Below, piece after piece: positions 35,979 through 45,444 of a stretch of DNA of 64,000 bases. A model generated the notes under the pieces. That model was given only the letters and a program-made list of their open reading frames with translations. It made no database searches and was not told where the DNA came from. Source of the DNA: Dehalococcoidia bacterium (lineage in GTDB: Bacteria > Chloroflexota > Dehalococcoidia > Lucifugimonadales > Australimonadaceae); assembly GCA_034422795.1 (NCBI GenBank), contig DAOUJK010000054.1:10347-74346 (forward strand). The letters are read 5' to 3'. The stretch's first letter is position 1; each line of letters starts with the position of its first letter. A program made the translations under genes and the position numbers.

Positions 35979-38900
35979 TCAGCCTGCGGGCACCGTGTCG
36001 GGCACGGGCTGCGGACGGCGGAGGAGCCTGCCCCACAGCCTGGGGATGCTGTCGTTGAAGAGGATGTAGACGATGGGCAGGACGAGGAGCGTGAGCGCCG
36101 TCGAGCTCATCAGGCCGCCGATCACGACGGTTGCCAGCTCGGCGCTGATGATGCCGCCGCTGCCCTCGCTCACCACGGCAAGCGGCAGGAGGGCGAAGCT
36201 GGTGGTGAGGGCGGTCATGAGGATGGGGCGCAGGCGGACGCGCGCGCCGGAGACGAGAGCGTCGTAGACGGCCATGCCCCTGGCGCGCTGCTGCTCAACG
36301 AACGCGATGAGGACGATGGCGTTGGTCACGACGATGCCGATGAGCAGCAGCATGCCCATCATGGCGGGCAGCCCGAGCGAGCGTCCCGTTATGGCGAGCG
36401 CGCCGAACACGCCGATGAGCGCGAGGGGCAGCGTCGTGATGATGACGAACGGGTTCCGCAGGGAGCCGAGGCTGGCGACCATGACGAGGTAGACAAGGAC
36501 GATGCCGACGGCCATGGAGATGAAGACGGCCTGGAAGCCCTCCGCGATGTCGGCGAAGATGCCGCCGCTCTCGACACTCACCCCCGGCGGGAGCTGCAAG
36601 GCCTCGATCTTCTCCTGAACGAGGACCCCGATGGCCTGCGCGTCGTCCGCGATGATGTCGCCGGTGATGCTGGCAGAGCGCACCCCGTCCGTGCGGCTGA
36701 TCTCGACGGGGCCCTCGCGCATGGCGAGGTCGGCGATCTGTCCCAGAGGCGCCGAGCCGACCTGTCCGGCGACGATGAGGGAGCCCAGGTTGCCCAGTTG
36801 CCCGGTGGCGCGGGGGTCTCCGGCGACCACCACGTCGTACGTCAGGCCGTCGATGGTCACGGTCGTCACGGTCTGGCCGATGAGGTAGAGGCTGAGCTGG
36901 AAGGCGACCTGGCGCGTGGTGAGGCCGAGGAAGGCGGCCTTCTCCGGGTCCACCTCTATGGCGACCTCGGGACGGGCCTGGGTCACAGTGTTCTCCAGGT
37001 TGATGACTCCCTCGATCGTGGTGAGGGATGTGGTCAATTCGCGTGAGACGGCGGCGATGTCGCCGTAGTCCGGCCCGGTGACGACGATGTCCACGCCGCC
37101 CGCCGGAGGGCCGTTCTGGATCTCGGTGATGCTGACGGTGCGACCGGGCTTGTCGAGCTCCTCCCTGAGGACCTGGGCGATGTCTTCCGGCGCGTCGTCC
37201 CTGAGGGTGACGAAGAACTCGGCACGCCGGGCTGGTCCGCCACCCGTGAAGCCGAACTCGGACGCGCCGATGGTCACGGAGTAGAGGTCGGAGACGTCGT
37301 TCAGCCGCTCCTCTATCTCGACGACGGTCGCGAGGGTCTGCTCCGGGGCGGTCCCCGGGGGGACGGTGACTTCGATCTGCAGGCTGTCGGTCGCTCCGCC
37401 GAACAGGTTGACGGGGATGACGGCCATCAGACCGAGGCTCGACAGGGTGATCAGGAACGCGGCGAGCAGTGTGATGAGCTTGCGCCGCAGCACCCAGCGC
37501 AGGATGGCGGTGTAGACGCGCTGGAGGGCGGTCTCCGGCAGCACGAGGTCGCCCTCATCGCCCGCTCCCTCCGGGAGGTCGCCGGGGCGGAGGAGGTACG
37601 CGCCGAGGACGGGGACCGCCGTGAGCGCCACGAGCAGGGACGCGATGAGCGCGAAGGTGACGGTGAGCGCGAAGGGCGAGAAGAATGCGCCGAAGAGGCC
37701 CGGGATGAACGCCAGCGGGAGGAAGACAACGACGGTGGTCATGGTGGAGGCGAAGATGGCCGGGCCGACCTCCGTGGTGGCCTCCAGCGCCGCGCGCCAC
37801 CGCTCGCGCCCTCCCTGGATGTGCCGGTAGACGTTCTCCAGCACGACGATGGAGTCGTCCACGACGCGCCCCACGGAGATGGCGAGTCCTCCGAACGTCA
37901 TGAAGTTGAGGGTCATGTCCTGCGAGAACATGAGCAGGATGCCGGTGAGGACGCTCAGCGGGATGGAGAGGGCGATGACGACGGTGGGGCGGAGCGTGTT
38001 GAAGAACCCGCGTACGACCGTCGGCCGTATGGTGAACATGAAGGCGAAGACCACGGAGACGGCGAAGAAGAAGCCGAAGATCGCCTCCCTGGCGAGGGTA
38101 TCGATCTGCCGCTGTATCTCGGGGCCCTGGTCCGCGACCACGACGATCTCGACATCCGGCGGCAGTCCTTTGATGCCGTTCAGCGCTTCGTTGACCGCGG
38201 TGGTCACGTCGACAGTGTTGGCGTCCGGTTGCTTGGTGACGGACACGCCGATACCGGGCTTGCCGTTCGTGCGGTCGATGCTCTCCGGCGTCCCGTTCCC
38301 GAGGGTGACGGTCGCCACGTCGGCAAGACGCACGACGCCGGTGGTTGCAGACCCACCGACGACGAGGTCCTCGATGTCCTGCACGGACTGCAGCGTGTGC
38401 GTAGTCTTCGCGATGACGGCCTGGGAGCCGTCGAAGACGAGCCCGGCAGGGAGCGTGAGGTTGTTCTCGCTCAAGGCGCCCGCGACCTGGAACAGGGGGA
38501 TGTCGTTGGCCGCCATCTTCTCGGCATCGACCGTTATGCGCACACTGCGGTCCACCGTACCGGTAAGCGAAACGTCCATGACGCCGTCGAGTCCGGATAT
38601 CTCCGGCACGATGCGCGACTGCACGATCTCCTGTATCTCCGGCAAGGGCCTGTCCGATATGGCGCTGAACTGGATGACGGGGAAATCGTCCGGGTTGAAG
38701 CGCCCGACGTCCGGCTCCTGCACACCATCCGGGAAGGCGATGCCGCTCACGGCGGCCTCGACAGCCGCCTGGGCCTCCGCCATGTCCGTGCCGTAGCGGA
38801 AGTTCGCGAATATCGCCGACCTGCCCTCGGACGAGGTGGACTGTATCGACTCCAGTTCCGGCGTATCGGAGATGGCGCGCTCGATGGGGTCGGTAACCGA

Positions 38901-39086
38901 TCGGACGACGGCCTCCGGGTCGGCGGAGGGGTAGGCCACGAACACAGCTACCAGCGGAAAGTCGATCTGGGGGAAGAGCTCAACCTGGAGGGACCGGTAG
39001 GCGCCGACGCCCGAGACGAGGACGAGCAGTATGGCAAGCACCGTCACGGTCGGGCGACGCAGGGCCGCGGATGTCAGGAATCTCAC
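35979..39086 (-). CDS. RND efflux permease (AcrB/SwrC-like), no MFP partner adjacent
   Basis: 1035 aa; GRVVDDSIVVLENVY, GIVVTNAIVL, RLRPILMTALTT. Confidence 0.93.
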   Translation of the reverse strand: MRFLTSAALRRPTVTVLAILLVLVSGVGAYRSLQVELFPQIDFPLVAVFVAYPSADPEAVVRSVTDPIERAISDTPELESIQSTSSEGRSAIFANFRYGTDMAEAQAAVEAAVSGIAFPDGVQEPDVGRFNPDDFPVIQFSAISDRPLPEIQEIVQSRIVPEISGLDGVMDVSLTGTVDRSVRITVDAEKMAANDIPLFQVAGALSENNLTLPAGLVFDGSQAVIAKTTHTLQSVQDIEDLVVGGSATTGVVRLADVATVTLGNGTPESIDRTNGKPGIGVSVTKQPDANTVDVTTAVNEALNGIKGLPPDVEIVVVADQGPEIQRQIDTLAREAIFGFFFAVSVVFAFMFTIRPTVVRGFFNTLRPTVVIALSIPLSVLTGILLMFSQDMTLNFMTFGGLAISVGRVVDDSIVVLENVYRHIQGGRERWRAALEATTEVGPAIFASTMTTVVVFLPLAFIPGLFGAFFSPFALTVTFALIASLLVALTAVPVLGAYLLRPGDLPEGAGDEGDLVLPETALQRVYTAILRWVLRRKLITLLAAFLITLSSLGLMAVIPVNLFGGATDSLQIEVTVPPGTAPEQTLATVVEIEERLNDVSDLYSVTIGASEFGFTGGGPARRAEFFVTLRDDAPEDIAQVLREELDKPGRTVSITEIQNGPPAGGVDIVVTGPDYGDIAAVSRELTTSLTTIEGVINLENTVTQARPEVAIEVDPEKAAFLGLTTRQVAFQLSLYLIGQTVTTVTIDGLTYDVVVAGDPRATGQLGNLGSLIVAGQVGSAPLGQIADLAMREGPVEISRTDGVRSASITGDIIADDAQAIGVLVQEKIEALQLPPGVSVESGGIFADIAEGFQAVFISMAVGIVLVYLVMVASLGSLRNPFVIITTLPLALIGVFGALAITGRSLGLPAMMGMLLLIGIVVTNAIVLIAFVEQQRARGMAVYDALVSGARVRLRPILMTALTTSFALLPLAVVSEGSGGIISAELATVVIGGLMSSTALTLLVLPIVYILFNDSIPRLWGRLLRRPQPVPDTVPAG

Positions 39087-39292
39087 TCGCGTCTCCTTAC
39101 TCCCGGTTCCGCAACGGGAGCAGGAGACACTTCCGGGGCGTCGACTGCGGGTCCGTGCAGGCTTCTTGCAGGCATTGGTCTACCGGTAGCAGCTTAAGGA
39201 TACCAACCCCATGGAGCAGGCGGTCAATGTCAATGGTCAATGTCAATTACGCCGTGCGGCGGAAGTCGGATCTATCACGATGCCAGGCGTTC

Positions 39293-39368
39293 TGGCCCGC
39301 CCGGAGGGAATCGAACCCACGACACTCGGTTCCGAAGACCGATGCTCTATCCGCTGAGCTACGGGCGG
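39293..39368 (-). tRNA. tRNA-Arg (anticodon TCG)
   Basis: CCGCCCG/CGGGCGG acceptor stem, TAGCTCAG, anticodon arm TCGGT-CTTCGGA-ACCGA, GGTTCGATTCC, encoded CCA. Confidence 0.92.
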
Positions 39369-39449
39369 GCGCCTCTTTCGATTGTACTATGCCCGGAGCG
39401 CTGGCTGCTCTGGTAGGCTGTTTGTAGGATTCTCCCAGGAAAGGCTGCT

Positions 39450-40088
39450 ATGACCAGTCCCAATCAGCATAAGGATGCATTCCGCAGAGCCACGGACGCG
39501 GTGTCGGAGACGGACCTGGAGCGGATGCTCCTGGACCCCGACGACATGCCGCCTGAGCTTGCCGGGTTCGTTGTTGCGCGCGAGGGCGAGCTGGACAACG
39601 AGACGATGGCCGAGCACGGCTTTCCGGGGCAGACGGAAGAGTCGATCCGGGACGCGGGGCGCATCAGCGGCTACCTGCGCGAGACCAGCCGCGAGTTGGA
39701 GGAGGAGCCGGAGACGGGCCTCATCGTCAGCGCGGGCATGGTGGCGCACCTCTTCCGCGACGGGGAGTCGGTCGAGCGCTGGATAGACGAGACGTTCCTG
39801 ACGGAGTTCGTCGGCAACGCCGGCCGCGTGCTGGACAACGGCCATGAACTGCTCCACGCGGAAGAGGTGCCGGTGTCCGGCTTCCACGGCAAGGCGGCGA
39901 GCGTCTTCGCGGTGCACGACGTGCCGGTGGGCGTCATCGGCTCCACCATCGTGGACTTCGCGCTCGGGCGGCTGCTGGGAGTCGCGTTCGTTGTTGCGCT
40001 GGGCAGCAGCGAGCACCTCTCGACGGCGCGGGACCTGGCGTTGCGCATGGAGCGCCGCTTCGTGAGCGTTGCGCTGGGCGGGTACTAG
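39450..40088 (+). CDS. Hypothetical protein
   Basis: 212-aa acidic ORF with host-like codon use and RBS GGAAAGG. Confidence 0.7.
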   Translation: MTSPNQHKDAFRRATDAVSETDLERMLLDPDDMPPELAGFVVAREGELDNETMAEHGFPGQTEESIRDAGRISGYLRETSRELEEEPETGLIVSAGMVAHLFRDGESVERWIDETFLTEFVGNAGRVLDNGHELLHAEEVPVSGFHGKAASVFAVHDVPVGVIGSTIVDFALGRLLGVAFVVALGSSEHLSTARDLALRMERRFVSVALGGY

Positions 40089-40119
40089 GCGCGACCCGCC
40101 GACCTACCCACCATCCCAG

Positions 40120-40142
40120 CCTTCCCCTATCAAGGGGGAAGG
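40120..40142. repeat. Palindromic REP-like unit
   Basis: CCTTCCCC-TATCAAG-GGGGAAGG; a related copy lies at 42472-42496. Confidence 0.7.
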
Positions 40143-40144
40143 GA

Positions 40145-42388
40145 TCAGGCGGTTTCCTGACGGTTGCGCTCCCGCAGCGCATGGTACACCTTCTCTGCCG
40201 TAACCGGCGCATCGGCGATGCGGACGCCGACGGCGTCGGCCACGGCATTGGCCACCGCAGCGCTGATGCCCTCGATCGCGTACTCCCCGATGCCCTTGGT
40301 GCGATACGGGCCGACCCCCTCCTCGGACTCGACGAGCGCAGTGCGCAACTCGGGGAGGTCGGCGATCGAGGGCAGCTTGTAGTCGGCGAGGGTGGGGTTG
40401 ACGACCCGGCCGCCCTCGAGCAGGAGTTCTTCGGTGAGAGCATGGCCGATGCCCTGCACGACGCCGCCGTTGATCTGCCCCTGGTGGCCGACGGGATTGA
40501 TGATGACGCCTACGTCGTGGGCGCTGGTGAGCTTCAGCAGTTCGACCTCGCCGGTCTCCGGGTCGACGCGCACCTCGGCGACCTGCGCCATCGCCGAGGC
40601 TACGGGAGAGCGCTCGTGTTCGTTGTTGGTAGCGCTTCCCGTGACGGGGGCGCCGGTCTGGGCGACGAGCCCCGCCCAAGGCGTCGACTCACCCGTGTCG
40701 GTCCGCCTCACGGTGGGGCCGGACAACGCGATGCGCTCAGCGGGCCAGCCGAGTAGGCGCGTCGCGAGTTGGAGCAGCGCGGCCCTTGCGCGGGTGGCCG
40801 CCTCGTACGCGGCGGGCCCCGCCACGCGGGTGACCCGGCTCGCGCCGACACCGCTGTCGAACGGTCCGTCGTCCGAGTCCCACGCCTGCACCTCGATGAG
40901 TCCGGGGGCCACGCCCAGCGCTTCGCCGACGATCTGAGCGAGCGCGGTGTACGAGCCGGTGCCCTGCTCGAACACCGAGGTGTGCAGGAGCACCGTGCCG
41001 TCGGGCCGGAACGTCACTGCCGCAGACGACACCCCCTCGCCCTGGTCCTTGTAGGCGAGCGAGATGCCGCGTCCGACATGGGGCGGTTTAGGGTCGTAGT
41101 AGCCGGACGCGCGGATGGCGGCGTCGACGGTCTCCTCAGGCCGCATGATGAGTCCCGGCATGCCGCTGGCGAGCTCCTCACCGCCGCGCACGAGGTTCCT
41201 TCGGCGCAGTTCGAGCGGGTCGAGACCGAGTCGTTGGGCGATGACGTCCATGTGGGACTCGACGGCGAAGTTGGCCTGCACCGCGCCCGGCCCGCGGAAG
41301 AAGCCGCCGGGGACAGTGTTGGTGTAGACGTGGACCGCCTCGATGCGGGTGTGGGGGATGCGGTAGGGCCCGGCAGCGTGGCTCGCGCCGGGGAGGTTGA
41401 CGCCCGGCACCGGCTTGAAGCCGCCGTAGGCGCCGCTGTTGAAGAGCACCTTCGCCTCGTGGGCGGTGAGCGTGCCGTCGCGCTTCACGCCGGTGCGCAT
41501 CCGCACGACGCTGGGGTGGCGCGGGTTGGCTGCGGAGAACTCCTCGGCGAACGTCATGACACTCTTGACCGGCCGGCCGGTCTTCCGGGCCAGGAAGTAG
41601 CAGATGGGGATGTCCATCGGCGAACCCTTGCCACCGAAGTCGCCTCCGATGGTCGAGTGCCGGACGACGATGCGTTCAGCGTCGAGGCCGAGGGCGTCGG
41701 CGAGGTTCAGCTTCAGGCGGTGGGGCGCCTTGTTCGGCGCCCATACCTGCAGCCGGTCGTCGTCATCGATCCACACGACGCACGAGTGGGGTTCAAGATA
41801 GGCCTGGTGCGCGCGCTGTGTGGTGTAGACGCCCTCCACGACGAGGTCGGCCTCGGCGAACCCGCGCTCGGGGTCGCCGCGCCCCCACACGTCGCTGACG
41901 AACGCGTTCGTGGGTTGGGGCAGGGGCGCCGGCAGGCCGTCGTAGGTCTGCAGGTCCGGATGCAGGAGCGGCGCGCCGTCGGCGAGAGCGTCCTCGGGCT
42001 CCAGCACGGAGGGCAGTTCCTCATAGACGACATCGATCAGGTCGACGGCCCGCTGTGCGGTCTCGGCGTCGACGGCTGCGACGGCTGCGACGCGCTCGCC
42101 GGCGAACCGGACATACTCCTGGGCGAGCGCCGGAACGTCGCGCAGCCGCCGCCCATAGAGGACGCCTGCGACGTCGGCCCCCGTCAGCACGGCGTGAACG
42201 CCGGGGAGCCGCCGGGCTCTGGATGTGTCGATGGAGACGATGCTGGCGTGCGGGTAGGGGCTGCGGAGCGCCTTCATCCACAGCATGCCGGGCAGGTCGG
42301 CATCAGCGGTGTAGCGGGCTGCGCCCGTCGTCTTGGCAACGCCGTCGACGCGCGGGGCTGCAGTCCCGATCACGTGGTAGGCCTGCAC
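40145..42388 (-). CDS. Xanthine dehydrogenase-family molybdopterin-binding subunit
   Basis: KTTGAARYTAD, LRSPYPHA, QAYLEPH, IGGDFGGKG, FRGPG, EQGTGS, KGIGE. Confidence 0.92.
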   Translation of the reverse strand: MQAYHVIGTAAPRVDGVAKTTGAARYTADADLPGMLWMKALRSPYPHASIVSIDTSRARRLPGVHAVLTGADVAGVLYGRRLRDVPALAQEYVRFAGERVAAVAAVDAETAQRAVDLIDVVYEELPSVLEPEDALADGAPLLHPDLQTYDGLPAPLPQPTNAFVSDVWGRGDPERGFAEADLVVEGVYTTQRAHQAYLEPHSCVVWIDDDDRLQVWAPNKAPHRLKLNLADALGLDAERIVVRHSTIGGDFGGKGSPMDIPICYFLARKTGRPVKSVMTFAEEFSAANPRHPSVVRMRTGVKRDGTLTAHEAKVLFNSGAYGGFKPVPGVNLPGASHAAGPYRIPHTRIEAVHVYTNTVPGGFFRGPGAVQANFAVESHMDVIAQRLGLDPLELRRRNLVRGGEELASGMPGLIMRPEETVDAAIRASGYYDPKPPHVGRGISLAYKDQGEGVSSAAVTFRPDGTVLLHTSVFEQGTGSYTALAQIVGEALGVAPGLIEVQAWDSDDGPFDSGVGASRVTRVAGPAAYEAATRARAALLQLATRLLGWPAERIALSGPTVRRTDTGESTPWAGLVAQTGAPVTGSATNNEHERSPVASAMAQVAEVRVDPETGEVELLKLTSAHDVGVIINPVGHQGQINGGVVQGIGHALTEELLLEGGRVVNPTLADYKLPSIADLPELRTALVESEEGVGPYRTKGIGEYAIEGISAAVANAVADAVGVRIADAPVTAEKVYHALRERNRQETA

Positions 42389-42453
42389 GCGGCCTCCTCC
42401 TTACAGTGGGCGCTTCGGGAGGGCGTGCATAAGGGAAGCCTCACGCCCCATAG

Positions 42454-42496
42454 CCCTCACCCCCATCCCAACCTTCCGCCATCAAGGGGGAAGAGG
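42454..42496. repeat. Palindromic REP-like unit
   Basis: CCCTCACCCCCATCCCAACCTTCCGCCATCAAGGGGGAAGAGG. Confidence 0.65.
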
Positions 42497-42511
42497 TCCA
42501 GCCGGATGGGC

Positions 42512-42835
42512 CTAGTTCTTGCGGGGGCCGACCGAGACCTCGCCGTTCTCCACGCTCACCTCGTAGATGGGGAGCGGGATCTCGGCGGGAGGCGCGGTGA
42601 CCTCGCCGGAGAGCACGTTGAACCGCGTGCCGTGGCAGTCGCACTCGATCTCGTCGTCTTCGTCCACCGCGCCGTAGAAGAGGTCGCACTCCTCGTGGGT
42701 GCACATGTTATCGAATGCGATGACTTCGCCCCGCAACTCGGTGAGGATGACCTGGTTCTCTCCCACCTGCACCAGTTTCAGTTCGCTGGCGGACACTTCG
42801 TCGCGCGCCGCGACGCGTTCGTAGCCTTCCGGCAT
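42512..42835 (-). CDS. Rieske [2Fe-2S] ferredoxin
   Basis: CTHEEC ... CDCHGTRF. Confidence 0.9.
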   Translation of the reverse strand: MPEGYERVAARDEVSASELKLVQVGENQVILTELRGEVIAFDNMCTHEECDLFYGAVDEDDEIECDCHGTRFNVLSGEVTAPPAEIPLPIYEVSVENGEVSVGPRKN

Positions 42836-42868
42836 GTCGCACTCTCCTGTGTAATCTGCTTCGCTCCG

Positions 42869-43612
42869 CTAGAGGACGGAGCCGCCGCCGTCGTTCCTGA
42901 GGGTCTGTCCGTAGAGGTGGCGGGCGTCGTCGCTTGCGAGGAAGAGGGCTACGCTGGCCTGTTCCTCCGGGTAGCCCGGGCGCCCTCCGACGAGGTTGTT
43001 GGTCTGCCGGTCCTCCATGGCGATCATGCCGCCCACCTGGGAGCCGGTGATCCCCGGCGCGATGGCATTCGTACGGATGCCGTACTGCGCCAACTGCACC
43101 GCCATGTCCATCGTCAGCGTGACGATGGCGCCCTTCGCCATGTCGTAGGCGACGCGCTGCCTGTTGCCGTTGAACGCGGAGCCGGACGAGAAGTTGACGA
43201 TAGCCCCGCCGTCGCCCTGCTTCACCATCTGCTCCGCAACGTACTTACAGGTGAAGTAGGTGCCGTTCTGGGTCACCTCGATGATCTTCCGGTAGTCCTC
43301 GTCGTCCAACTCCAGCATCGGTTTGCGGTCGGAGATGGCGGCGCAGTTCAGGAGGATGTCGATGCGACCGTAGTGGCCGACGACCTTCGCAATCATGTTC
43401 TTGACGTCGTCGACCTTCTGCACCTCGCCCACGACGTACATGCACTCGCCGCCCTGCTCCGCAACCTCCTCGGTTACGGCCGCGGCGCGGCTCTCCTCCA
43501 TGTCGAAGATGGCGATCTTCGCGCCCTCGGAGGCGAACAGCCTGGAGGAAGCGCGACCGATGTTCCTGCCACCTCCCACGATCACCGCGACCTTGCCGTC
43601 GAGCCTGCCCAT
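42869..43612 (-). CDS. Short-chain dehydrogenase/reductase
   Basis: GGGRNIG, NFSSGS, YDMAK (YxxxK), TNAIAPG. Confidence 0.92.
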   Translation of the reverse strand: MGRLDGKVAVIVGGGRNIGRASSRLFASEGAKIAIFDMEESRAAAVTEEVAEQGGECMYVVGEVQKVDDVKNMIAKVVGHYGRIDILLNCAAISDRKPMLELDDEDYRKIIEVTQNGTYFTCKYVAEQMVKQGDGGAIVNFSSGSAFNGNRQRVAYDMAKGAIVTLTMDMAVQLAQYGIRTNAIAPGITGSQVGGMIAMEDRQTNNLVGGRPGYPEEQASVALFLASDDARHLYGQTLRNDGGGSVL

Positions 43613-43700
43613 GTTGCACCTTCTGCATCGTGGTTGGGGACGCACACCGCGCCCCGCGGGATTCTATGCGAACGGGCTTAAGGGGGGAAGGGCAGGGCGA

Positions 43701-43925
43701 TCAGGCGTAGCGGGAGCGGCTCTCCCGGACGAGCGCGACGATGTCTCCAGTTGATATGCCGAGGTCGACGCCTTCAACGTCCAGCGGTGAACGAGTGGAA
43801 GCCTCCGGCTGCAGGACGAACGTCCTGCCGTCCCTGCGGCGTATCCTCACCGCGCCGTCGCGCTGGGCTGCGTCCAGCACGGCTGCGAGCCGCTGTCGCG
43901 CTTCCGAGTAGGTGTAGACCTTCAT
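43701..43925 (-). CDS. Phd/YefM-type antitoxin
   Basis: MKVYTYSEARQRLAAVLDAA..DG.V.I.RRDG; overlaps the toxin stop by 4 bp. Confidence 0.8.
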   Translation of the reverse strand: MKVYTYSEARQRLAAVLDAAQRDGAVRIRRRDGRTFVLQPEASTRSPLDVEGVDLGISTGDIVALVRESRSRYA

Positions 43926-44320
43926 GATTTGACCTCCAGAACGCGGACTCCGGCAGCATCGGCGTTCGTCGCAAGTTCGGAGTCCAATGTGAGTAGCGGC
44001 AAGTGCACGTTCAAGGCGCAAGCAAGCACGTAAGCGTCGTAAGCATAGAGACCCAGTTCGTGCGCAAGCCGGACGGACTGACCGAGGTCCACATCCAGGA
44101 ACCGGAATTGCATCCGCTCGTAACTCCTGATTGCTCGCTGCGCCTGGGACAAGGTGATTCTGTGCCGCTTGAACATCCCCGAGAAGGCATTTCCAACCTC
44201 CCAATGGACGGAGGCAGGCGCCATCAGGTTCGCCCCGACCGTGTGTGCAATGATGGCCTTACGTTCCGGCTCGTCCGCAATGACGGCGATGATCGCGGAA
44301 GTGTCGATTACCAAATCCAT
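43922..44320 (-). CDS. vapC: PIN-domain (VapC) toxin
   Basis: VIDTSA, EVGNA, YAYDAYVL, LLTLD. Confidence 0.88.
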   Translation of the reverse strand: MDLVIDTSAIIAVIADEPERKAIIAHTVGANLMAPASVHWEVGNAFSGMFKRHRITLSQAQRAIRSYERMQFRFLDVDLGQSVRLAHELGLYAYDAYVLACALNVHLPLLTLDSELATNADAAGVRVLEVKS

Positions 44321-44326
44321 ACAACG

Positions 44327-44357
44327 ATTGTACAATTGTACATATATTACCTGTCAA
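44327..44357 (-). promoter_or_regulatory. Promoter and palindromic operator of the TA operon
   Basis: Minus strand TTGACA-19 nt-TACAAT ending 7 nt before the ATG; perfect palindrome TGTACAATTGTACA at 44329-44342 overlapping the -10. Confidence 0.65.
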
Positions 44358-44393
44358 CAGTAGTGTGAAGAAGATTCAATCGGAAAGGAGAAC

Positions 44394-44470
44394 TGGGGTG
44401 AGCGGAGGGAATCGAACCCTCGATCTCCAGGGCCACAACCTGGCGTCTTAACCCCTCGACCACGCCCACC
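44394..44470 (-). tRNA. tRNA-His (anticodon GTG)
   Basis: Encoded G-1, GTGGGCG/CGCTCAC acceptor, CCAGG-TTGTGGC-CCTGG anticodon arm, GGTTCGATTCC, CCA. Confidence 0.93.
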
Positions 44471-44599
44471 ACGGAAGGCCCATTGTAGCAGAAGGAGCGC
44501 CGACTCCAATGGACGCCCCTCCGGGAGTGCATGCCAGATGCGAAAGAGAGGGGTATAGTCTGGGTGAGCACAGCGAAGCAGCTCGAAGGGAGGGAGGTC

Positions 44600-44995
44600 A
44601 TGGCAGAAGAGGTGAGACGGTTCAAGTACCCCGGTTCGGCAGGCCCGGGCGCACGGGACCGCGGTCCCACGCGGGGCCGTTCGTACGACCTGCTCTCCAA
44701 TCACATGGTTATCAGCACCGTGCAGGTCATGGAGAAAGGTCAGACCACCGGGCTCCACCATCACAACGACCAGGACGGCTACTGGATGGTGCTTGCGGGG
44801 AAAGCGCGCTTCTCCGGCGAGGGCGATACGCACTACGGGGACCTCGGCCCGATGGAGGGCATCTTCATGCCCCGCTACACCCGCTACTCGTTCGAGAGCA
44901 TCGACGAAGAGCCGCTGCAGATACTGCGGGTGAGCCAGATGCGCCCGGTGGAAGGCAAGCCGCAAGCGAAAAGGCCAGAGCAGGCACGCGCGTAA
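44600..44995 (+). CDS. Cupin-domain protein (paralog 1)
   Basis: GLHHHNDQDGYWMVLAGKARF, GI.MPRYTRY.F; RBS GGGAGG. Confidence 0.8.
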   Translation: MAEEVRRFKYPGSAGPGARDRGPTRGRSYDLLSNHMVISTVQVMEKGQTTGLHHHNDQDGYWMVLAGKARFSGEGDTHYGDLGPMEGIFMPRYTRYSFESIDEEPLQILRVSQMRPVEGKPQAKRPEQARA

Positions 44996-45041
44996 TGGCC
45001 GCTCCCAACGCGAGCGGGTACGCACGATGGGAGGAGCAGTC

Positions 45042-45431
45042 ATGCCGAACGAAGTGAAACGCTTCAGCTACCCAGGCCCCGAGGACTCCAGGGCACGCGA
45101 CCGGGGCCCGGAAAAGGGCCGTTCGTACGACCTGCTCTACAACGACAGCATGATCAGCACTGTACAGATCATGCAGAAGGGGCAGGGCAACGCGCTGCAC
45201 TACCATAACGATGAGGACGGCTACTGGCTGGTGCTATCCGGCAAGGCGAGATTCTTCGGCGAGGGCGACACGCACTTCGGGGACCTCGGCCCCATGGAGG
45301 GCATCTACACGCCCCGCTATACGCGCTACGGGTTCGAGTGCATCAGCGACGAGCCACTGCAGGTCCTCCGCGTCAGCCAGATGCGGGAGTTGGAAGGAAA
45401 GCCTGGTACGCCGGGGATGGTTGTCATCTGA
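45042..45431 (+). CDS. Cupin-domain protein (paralog 2)
   Basis: ALHYHNDEDGYWLVLSGKARF; closely similar to paralog 1; RBS GGAGGAG. Confidence 0.8.
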   Translation: MPNEVKRFSYPGPEDSRARDRGPEKGRSYDLLYNDSMISTVQIMQKGQGNALHYHNDEDGYWLVLSGKARFFGEGDTHFGDLGPMEGIYTPRYTRYGFECISDEPLQVLRVSQMRELEGKPGTPGMVVI

Positions 45432-45444
45432 TCCACCCGCGCAG

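Noticed and set aside
35558-36069. ORFs translated from repeat clusters (also 24644..24957, 25897..26451, 31790..32179)
   Set aside because: Their repetitive peptides simply mirror the DNA palindromes; no RBS or coding bias.
40769-43681. Very long alternative-frame ORFs (970 aa here; also 22767..25022, 12260..14359, 15352..17076, 20432..22189, 32945..34720)
   Set aside because: Antisense shadows of well-supported genes in high-GC DNA; Arg/Ala/Gly-rich with no motifs.
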